The notes beneath the pieces are model-generated. The model did no database searches. It had not been told where the DNA came from and saw only the letters and a program-made list of their open reading frames with translations. Of a stretch of 64,000 nt of DNA, positions 55,027-64,000 are shown in pieces. The DNA comes from Octopus vulgaris. Taxonomy: Eukaryota. Where the stretch lies: contig OX597823.1 in NCBI GenBank assembly GCA_951406725.2, positions 43,152,001 to 43,216,000 of the forward strand. The letters are read 5' to 3'. The position numbers were made by a program, and so were the translations under genes. Each line of letters begins with the position of its first letter. Position 1 is the first letter of the stretch.

Positions 55027-58000
55027 TGGAGGCGGAAATAGCACAGAAGTAAGTCTAAAACATTTCAATTTAAGAAGGAATTTAACAAAAATGATTATAA
55101 AAATTATATAAAGAAAATGATACCAGTTTCGACGAATCTCATCTTATCAAATATCAGTAAATATTCATAAAAATATGAGGTAAAAACAGTTTATATACTG
55201 TCTAGGCCTCAAGAACATGTCTGGATATTTTTAATTGAAGTTTTCTTTAAACATAATTTGGTATAAACTTCACAGATTGAGAGAAGGAGCGTCTATTGTC
55301 TAAAAGAATCCTTAATCTTTTCCTGCCAAGGGAGTGGCTAAAAAACATTTATTGAATAGTTTTTACGCCCATCTGTGTGTGTGGGAGGGGCGGTATATTG
55401 TTCAGAATGTCCTTTCAATATGCTTGGAAGGTGATCAGCTGTGAGCTGATGCGTTTGTATGTTTGAAGAAAGAATTAGGGTTTTCCTTTGGGTTAGATGT
55501 ATACTTTTGACTGTCTCCAGCTTGTGTGTATATGAGTGGGCAGCAGCTGTGTGTATGTGTGCGGTCACTAGCTGTGTATGTATATGTGAGTGTATGTGTG
55601 AGTATGTTTCGGCATGTGTGTGAGTGTTGTTTTGCTATGGTTTCTTCTTTGTGTATGTGTGTGTGTTTATGTGTGTATTTGTGTTTGTGTGTGTGATTTG
55701 CGATTTTCTTTTTGTGTGTGTATGTAGGTTTGTATGTGTGTACGTGTGTGTTTGTTTCTGTGTATGTGCTAGCTTATATAAATATTAGATACATGATTCT
55801 GGTAATGATGAGTATTGTTCAAAATGATATGTCTAACACTGTTTTCTTAACTGGCTGTTCCTGTTTATTGGTTGGCGTTGGGTATTTATTAAATAGTGGT
55901 TTATATTTGTTAATAAATTGTCTTCGTTTGTTTGGTTTTCTTGTGTTTTGAAGGAATCTGAGCACTTGTAGAGGGGAAATATTTTGAAATTTGGTTGTAA
56001 TGTGAGTGCTTAACAGAATTTTCCTTGTGCTTTTGTTTCGGATCTGTTGGCGGTGTGTCATCATCCTGTAGCTAAACGATTCGTCCGTCTGACCTATGTA
56101 ATTATGTTGGCAACCTCGGTATGTGATCACGTAGACCAGATTTTCTTGTGGCAGGTGAGAGTGGACTTAACTTTCAAGGTTTGGCCTGGTCCGTCGACTA
56201 GGTAACGCCAAATACCGCAGTTTGTTCTCCCGCATTTTTCGACCGTTGGGTTGGGTTTCTTGGTGCGTTTTTGCCCCAGTGAGAATGAGTTTAGTATTTG
56301 GGGCTGCCTTTTCAATTTGATAATTTGTCGTTTACTTAATATTTTTCTCATTTTTTGATCTGCAAATAAGTTGGGAAGGTTTTTGTGGATGTGATCAAAT
56401 ATTTCGGTGTTCCTGGGATTGAAGATTGACACAAATGGTAAGACATTTTCCCTTCTTTTGTTTTTTGTTTTCCTTTGTTCATTGATATCCAGTTGTTTCG
56501 CCTTGGTTATTCCGTTGGTTATTATGCCAGGAGAAAAGGCTTTTCGATTAAGTGTGTCCTTCAGTTCCTCTAGTCTTTGTTCACGTTCGGATGGTTCTGA
56601 TAATATGGTGCAAATTCGTTTTGCCAGATTGAAGGGAATGTTCAGTTTGGCATTTTTCGGGTGACATGATGTGACAAGTAGGTACTGGTTGCAGTCGGTG
56701 GGTTTGTAGAAAATGTTCGTTTGTATTTTCCCATCTTGGTTTTTGATTAAGATATCCAGAAAGGCAAGTTATTTGGGACTAAACTACATTGTGAATTGGA
56801 TGTTATTGCTGAAGTTGACTATCATGTGTTTGATTTCTTTTAACTTGTCAAAATTTCCCTGCCATAATTTAAAGCAGTCAACCAGGTATCTTTTCAACTT
56901 TTTTTCTGAGTTGTGTACGGAACGTGTCACCTAATATTAGAAGAGATTGGTTGTAGATATTTTGTTCATGGAAGCCCATGATTAAGTTGGTGTATGTGGA
57001 GGCTACTTTCGTACCCATCACCGTTCTTGATGTTTGGTGTTAATCCGAACCGTTGAAAGCAAATAAGTTGTTTTCAAGTATGAATCTGATCTCATCAATG
57101 ATAAATTCCTCTTCTATGCGTGTTGGGAGTTCAGATTAGTGAGTGTCTAACCAGTATTGAAATGCAGTTATTCCATAATCACGTGGAATGTTGGTATAGG
57201 TTCACAACTTCAAATGAAGTAAAAATTGTACGTTTATTTACCGTTTTTGACAAATGATTTAGCATATATATGTCATCTTGTATGTAGCTCTGTATATGTT
57301 CTAGGAAGGGTTTTAGGAGGATGTCCAAGAAGTTGTTGATCCTGTGTATTTCACATGCCTACTATGATTGGTCTCAATTTTAGATCATCTGGGGGTGTTA
57401 GCTGTATGTATTTGTTTGTTGAGGATTTACAAGCATCACTTACCCTTTTGCATTTCTGGATTTTAAGCAAACCATAAAAGTTGCTCGTTTTGCATTTCTT
57501 TGTTGTTTAAGCCTTTGTTATACTTCCTTAAAAGAGTTGTGAGGTTTTCCTTTCTTTTTGACTTTTTGTAGTGGGTTACTTTTTCATAGTAGTTGTTTCC
57601 TCTAACATTGTGAGTGCTAGGTCTTTATAGTAATTTGTGTCCATGATGACGACAGTGCTCCCTTTATCAACGTCTTAGATAGTTATATCTGTATTTTCTT
57701 GTACATCTAGTAGGTCATTTCATTCATGCTTTGTAAAATTTGATTTAATGTTTCTTTGTTCAATTATTTCAAAGGGCAATTTCGCAACGTATTCACAGTA
57801 GGTGCCCAGTGCTATATTTAACCTATTATTTGGGCAAAAGTTGCTTTTGTGTCATGCGAGTGATTCGCCGTTGGTGGAGCGTTCGTTCAGCCTGAGATTT
57901 TGGCAGAATTCTGGAATGTTATTTTTCAGTTCAGGTAAGCTAGGTGTTTGTGGTTTGGGTGTAAACTTCAGTCTCTTACCTAGTATTTCTATTTGGGTGT

Positions 58001-58387
58001 CAGTCAATGTTTTTCTTGAACGGTTGACTACCTTCGGTCTCTCCTGTAGGATGGGAGACAATGTGTGTCCCTTGGCAGGAACGTACAAAGATTCCTTCTA
58101 GATAATAGACACCCTTTCTCTCACTCTCTAACACTTTGAACACTATACCAAACTATATTTAAAGGAAACTTTAAAGAAAGATCTCCAGACCTGTTCTTGA
58201 ACCACAGACAAAAAATAAACTGTTTCCATTTGAAATGTTTATAAATTTTTCTGTTATATGATAAAATGAGAGTCATCGAAACCGGTCATATTCTTTTCAT
58301 ATATTTTCTTTGAATAGTTCTTATTGAAATCCCTCTTGAATTGAAATGACTTAGAGAAACGTCTATGCTATTTCCACCTCCGTCTTC
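55023..58387 (-). mobile_element. Decayed Penelope-like retroelement (Neptune-like) with inverted pseudo-LTRs
   Basis: 55023-55280 and 58130-58387 are diverged inverted copies, each abutting (TA)n and each holding a decayed HHR (TGATAA..GATGA/TCRTC-GAAA-CYGG-TH). Confidence 0.9.
55860..58040 (-). pseudogene. PLE reverse transcriptase plus GIY-YIG endonuclease pseudogene
   Basis: Motifs in order: VVNRS..LT..Q..ILGKRLKFTP, DKGSTVVIMD, FYGLLKI, RPII, LYTNIP, MGTKVASTYTNL, RYLVDCF, FLDI, YKPTD..YL...SCHP, Cys linker CGRTNC, and NYIGQT..RM..H. Confidence 0.9.
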
Positions 58388-58428
58388 TATATATAAAAAT
58401 TTGATTTGTATAGATCTTTAATCTTTTT

Positions 58429-58467
<39 letters not shown>

Positions 58468-58879
58468 CCTATAACTATATCTATATAATCGCAAAGCCGG
58501 TTTGGAAAGATTCCTGCGAGGTAGAGAAACAGACAGTGAGGGAGTAGAGGGAGAGCGAGAGAGGAAGTATGAAAGAGAGATAGAGAGAGAATCACATAGA
58601 AATGTACAAGTTTCTATCAGTAAATCAGTAAATAGAATAATAGAAAACAAGCACAAATATATCACACGAGAAGAAAATATGTAAAACAAACGTGCATCTA
58701 ACTTACAGTATGACTAAAAACCGGGAGAGGAGATGTGGCAGAAGCAGTAGCGAAATATCTTCATGTAATACAATGCATACATTTAAATTGATAGGGTTTC
58801 TCTAAGGATGTGGGCAGTATATATCAGCACAATGATTTAGATTTCTATGAGAAATGGGATATTATCTAGATGTTTCTGA

Positions 58880-59830
58880 CAGCCATTTTTTATCATATGT
58901 AGGGTACACCCACAATAACAAGAACAATTCTCGCGTTAAGATGCCACGTCTTTTGTATTTCAATTTCCAGGTCCTTATGTTTAATTAGAGTGGTTGTATA
59001 CTGTCAACTTAACGTGACAGTCCCTTAAGGGAATTATACCACCACTATTTAGCCCTAGGAAGCATCGACGCTTCCTGTCGGCCTTGACACATTTCCTGTG
59101 TCCTTATATATTTACGAAGGGGAGACAAACACCCCCAACAGCTGTGTCCATATATATTTACGAAGGGGAGACAAACAACCCCAACAGCTAGGCCTGCATC
59201 TAGATACATGCATGCTTCAGGGTCTTGCTCATCATCAGTCTAGAGTAGCAAGGCCTGCTAGCTGAAGATATTTGTCTAGACTTCGTAAATATATATATAT
59301 ATTTATTTTCAGTGAAGTTTATTTTGTCAGGTATATTTTTATCAGTGGGAACACTTACATCTATTAGTCTACAAGTATTTTCTTCTTTGTCTTCAATGAC
59401 TATTTCTCGCCGATTCTCTTGGATCATTCTGTCGGTGTTAACTGGAAAATCCCGGAGGATAGTGACATTTTTACCTTTAACGACTGGCTCAAGTTGATGT
59501 TCATACCAGTAAGCAGGATTGCTCATTTGTTGTGTTTACATATTTTCCAACGTTAATACTGTCCTACCCTATCGTGGCGATATTTGTATTCGCTTGGTGT
59601 CACCACAGCACATCCCGAGACGAGATGGTCTATTGTTTCATCAAATTTATCCCAGAATCTGCATTTAGAGTCAGAGCCGTATTGAAGAACGTTAGCCTAG
59701 TAGTTTTTGGTAAGTTTTGATATTGTGCTGCCAATATGAAACCTTCCGTCTCCGCTTCCAGTCCTGAGCTTCTCAGTCATTGATGAGTTATTGCTTGGTC
59801 TACATCAGCATTTCGACTACGAAAACAGTA
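58880..59830 (-). pseudogene. Older R4/Dong-type LINE C-terminal fragment (Zn knuckle + RLE), interrupted
   Basis: CRF..ETIDHLVSGC..Y..RHDRV, WYEH..LRDFPVNTDRMI.ENRREIV..DK...C.LIDVSVP.D.N, then KHKDLEIEI..TW after an insert at 58986-59300. Confidence 0.82.
58986..59300 (+). mobile_element. Short element of the 17155 family with hairpin end and antisense hammerhead (59199-59244)
   Basis: Minus strand: TCTAGA-CTGATGA-TGAG caaga CCCT-GAAG-CATGCATG-TA-TCTAGA, enclosed by inverted tatatttacgaag/cttcgtaaatata; 46-bp tandem duplication at ~59097-59189. Confidence 0.65.
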
Positions 59831-60552
59831 CATGGATAACAAGCCATACAGAAGTGGACATACGAAAGTGAATAAATGTAGTTTAAGACGATGTCTTATT
59901 TATTTTGTCTGCATCATTCGTCCATCACAAAATACATTTATTCACTTTCGTATGCCCACTTCTGTATCACTCATTATCCATGTATTATTTGCTCTCGGCC
60001 CTATATTTTCCCCAGATTTCGTGCGCATCGCCAGTATGAGAAGTCTCTCAATCTTATCATTCATGGTGCAAAACTGAATACTACCATCTGGTTGATAACT
60101 GATGAAAAATTAGGGACGTTCTGTGTCTGTCTTCCGTTCGTTTGTGTACTCGGTATACGTTATACGATTTTTACCTTACGTTTGTTTATTTACAATACAT
60201 CTTTTCAATTATCAAGTAACCGAACGCAATGCACCCCGGCTTTTACTAACAGTAAGTTTTATACATATGTGCGTGTCTATTTGTAGCCTTTCCTCTTTCT
60301 CCTTTTTAATTTTTTATTCCTTCTTACTTCTATTTTTAGCCTTCCTTCTTTCTCCTTTCCCCTTCATCCCTTCCCTTGTTTTCTCTCTGTCCCTCTCTCC
60401 CTCCTTCTCTCTTGCCATCTTTCTCTTCTGCCTGCTGCTGACACGTGACCCGTTTGTGTACACAGTATACATTATACGTTTTTACATCTTGTTTGTTTAT
60501 TTATAATATTTTTTCATTTATATACATATATAACTATGTGTGTGTGTGTGTT

Positions 60553-60594
<42 letters not shown>

Positions 60595-60596
60595 AT

Positions 60597-61712
60597 TAGG
60601 GAGTAAATCCAAACTTACAGGGAAAAATTAGATTTAGGATTAAATCTAATTTTACAGTATAAATATATATATTAAATCAGAGATAAACCACTATTAGGCA
60701 AATCAAACAGTAAAAAACATAACCCAATAGATAGAAATAAAATTAATTAATATAATATACGAAATATATAAAATATAAAATTTAAAATTTAAATTATTTA
60801 AATTAAAAGTTAGAATTTAAAAAGTTATTTAAATTATTAATTTATACTTAAAACGTTATACATATATATATATAAATATATATATATATATTTTTATTTC
60901 TATTTTTATTATTATTATTATTATTTTAATTAAAAAATTTTTTTTTTTATAAATATAACTATCAAAAAGTATTAAGAAGTTTAATATAAGATAAAAAGTA
61001 AAACCACTACGATCGTTTCATGCCCATAACCTAATTCGAATAACAATAATTTAAATTCAATTAATAATTCGAATTATGGTTATAGTCAATCTTCAGGTTA
61101 ATGATAAGACTTAAATAAATAAGCAAAAATATTTAAACAATATTTTTAAAGAAATAAATAAAATAATAATTTTTATTATAAAAAACTCTATTATTAAACT
61201 AGAAACTTTAACGATTATGATTATGTCATACAATCGATTATAATGTTAAATATTAATTTTTAAGTATTAATTTTTAAGGTAAGAAACCCACAAATAATCT
61301 AATCTCAGTTATAGTCAATATCTAATTACATAAATATTTTTAAAAATATATATATATTTTACAAAAAATTTTAATTATTGTTATTCGAATTAGGTTATGG
61401 GCATGAAACGATCGTAGTGGTTTTACTCTTTATCTTATATTAAACTTTTTAATACTTTTTAATAGTTATATTTATAAAAAAAAATAATAATAATAATAAA
61501 AATAAAAATAATAATATATATATATATATAAACTTATAAGTATTAATTAATAATTTAAATATTTTTTTAAATTTTAACTTTTAATTTAAATAATTTAAAT
61601 TTTGAATGTTATATTTTATATATTTCGTATATTATATTAATTACTTTTATTTCTATTTTTACTGTTTGATTTGCCTAATAGTGGTTTTATCTCTAATTTA
61701 ATATATATATAT
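60597..61712. mobile_element. Large AT-rich fold-back pLTR-type element (arms ~60663-61056 and ~61367-61712)
   Basis: gataaaccactattaggcaaatcaaacagtaaaaa and ccactacgatcgtttcatgcccataacctaattcgaataacaat each have reverse-complement partners in the right arm. Confidence 0.88.
61004..61100 (-). ncRNA. Type I hammerhead with intact core and very long stem II
   Basis: Minus strand: TAAC-CTGAAGA-TTGACTATAACC..GGTTATGGGCAT-GAAA-CGATCG-TA-GTGG. Confidence 0.72.
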
Positions 61713-62328
61713 ATGTACAGGTAAGCACATAGTTGCAAAATAAGGTGGAACACTTGTACTCGAATACCAAAAGTAGAGTAATATGTTTTTCATTAAAGCT
61801 TCTAAATTATGACAGACCTCACAACCGTCCACGGGAACAGGGAAACTCAGAGTAAAAGTTCTGTGATAATCTTGCAGCTTTACTATAAACTATACATGTA
61901 TGTGTGTGTGTAAAAAGCATTGCACTCGTAAGCAATAAGGAATAGAGGTGAGTTGGTTTTAGCGGGGCTGAAAACTCCCCTCAGTTTTAAAATGAGTTGT
62001 AACAGATTTATGAAAATGCAAGACCGGTTTCGACGACATTTTCGGAGGAGTGTGGTTCAATGGAAAAAAAACATGCTGAGAAATCAAAGTTTTATTCAAA
62101 TTTCGATATCCAATGCTTATTTCATCTTTTAAGCATACTTTTCGAATTTTCTGTTGCATCTTCAAACTCCTCTAAAATTATTTTTATTTACTACTGAAAC
62201 GCAAAAAATTGTCGTAATAAACATGTAACAAAGGTTAAAAGCTAGAGCAACTTTAAGAGTGAATTGGAATTTCAACACTCCAAAGGAACTCTGTTATATA
62301 GATAGGCACACAGATTTTATGTATGTAA

Positions 62329-62375
<47 letters not shown>

Positions 62376-62470
62376 CACTCTTCGTAGTACTTGTTACACT
62401 CCGTAACGTTGGATTCAAACTTGAGCAGGTAGAGTGGTAAATCTAAGGACAAGCACGTTAAGCAAGTCGC

Positions 62471-62655
62471 TATACAAAAAGTATTAAATACATTTAATAC
62501 AAAAATGTACATATGTATATATATATAAAATAGAGTTGGACTCGTAAAACTCCTACTCAACCCCCTTTATTCCTGATAACATTTCCCTTCTGTGTAAATC
62601 GGACTTGTTTTATATGTACATTTTTATATTAAAAGTATTTAATAGTTTTTGTATA
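62471..62655. repeat. Short fold-back (about 45-bp arms) between (TA)n tracts
   Basis: tatacaaaaagtattaaatacatttaatacaaaaatgtacatat vs atatgtacatttttatattaaaagtatttaatagtttttgtata. Confidence 0.8.
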
Positions 62656-62663
62656 TTGACATG

Positions 62664-62745
<82 letters not shown>

Positions 62746-63958
62746 ATACATACATATATATATGTAGATGCATATTTCTATGTATGTATGTATGTATGGT
62801 TATGCATTCAAACATACTTGTTAAAGTGAAGCAGTGTGCGATATTATATTAGATAAGTTTTACAGACAAGGGTGAAACAATACGAGATGAAATACAAAGT
62901 TAACTAAATATGGGGAAAGCGCTCAACAGTTAGAGTTTTGCCTTATATTTCGATATTTTGGGAGTTATGGCACATTCCTGTGGACACGTGGAGAAGTGAA
63001 GGATGGAACAAGTCGTCGCTCAAATAAGTGGGGTAGGATATTGGCATGTCCAGACTGATGTTCTTATAACAATCAGTCTGCTTCGAGATTCACCAACGTT
63101 GGCAAAATTAAAACTTGAAACTGAACACCGAACTAGTTCGGAACAGTCTCTGCTCGATCTGCTCGTAGGAATCTGATTGTGCACTATAAGTCAGCCCTGT
63201 AATCTAGAACGAAAGCTGCATGCGTTGGAAATGAAACCGCACGTAGAAATGACAGATGCGGCGAGGTTGAATAAGCTACCAACACCAAGCGCTTCCACAA
63301 GATATTAATAAACAATAATTATTCGCCATCTTTCGCCAAATTTTAGAGCTTAAACAGCGTTGTACTCAGGAAAACCCTTAAGAAGATCCGTACTCCCCAG
63401 TTTGACATGTCTTTCAAACATGTCTACCCTATTTCTACTAAAGAACCACTGCTGCCAACCCTCATGCGATCTTCATGGAGGGAATTAATATTCTTATGGT
63501 GCACACCATTCTATCCCAGAGAAAACTTTTCTCTAGTAACCTTACCCAAAACAGCATCGTAGGGTGCAAACTACTTTCCACATCAACATGCTCAAAATGA
63601 GCTCTAGGACCTACTATGTATACAATGTAGTTTGCAGCAAATGTAGTACATCCGACATGGTAGCACTGTTAGAAAATTGCACATTCGTAACACATGCGCA
63701 CAAACACTTCAGTGCACAAAGCCTACAAAAGCGGAAGACCCAGGATTTCACAGTATTCTTTGGGTCACACAACGTAATAGAGGCAACCTTAGACTCATGG
63801 GAAACCTCCTTGTTAACAAACTGAGAGCAATTCTGAACAACAGAAAAGAGCACATGAAAAAATAATGGCTATTATTATCTCCAGTCTGGCCACGTACCAA
63901 CGTTTGCTATCATAATAAAAGTATATCTAATATCATATTACACAATGCTTACCCTAAC

Positions 63959-64000
<42 letters not shown>

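Noticed and set aside
62930-63900. Possible decayed LINE fragment
   Set aside because: Complex sequence, but I could not read diagnostic RT or endonuclease motifs with confidence.

Overview
AT-rich, microsatellite-dense eukaryotic DNA. The SINE families and (TA)n/(TACA)n/(GATA)n landscape most resemble an Octopus (cephalopod) genome; this is inferred from recall, not from a search. I cannot support any intact host protein-coding gene. Nearly all listed ORFs are microsatellite translations or transposon remnants. Recognisable content: four tRNA-type SINE families, several decayed Tc1/mariner copies, a Helitron PIF1-helicase pseudogene (~12.1-13.4 kb), R4/Dong and CR1-type LINE 3' ends, an internally deleted Ty3/gypsy LTR element with a 5-bp TSD (47906-49472), and a decayed Penelope-like element (PLE; RT + GIY-YIG) with inverted pseudo-LTRs (55023-58387). 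The main signal is about 15 type I hammerhead-ribozyme (HHR) motifs, intact or decayed, from several unrelated sequence families. Most sit in short non-coding fold-back (palindromic) elements at (TA)n tracts, some with an HHR on each strand. Stem III is a different self-complementary word in each family, and some families share non-canonical catalytic cores. All motifs, alignments and mismatch counts were read by eye; none was folded computationally or tested.
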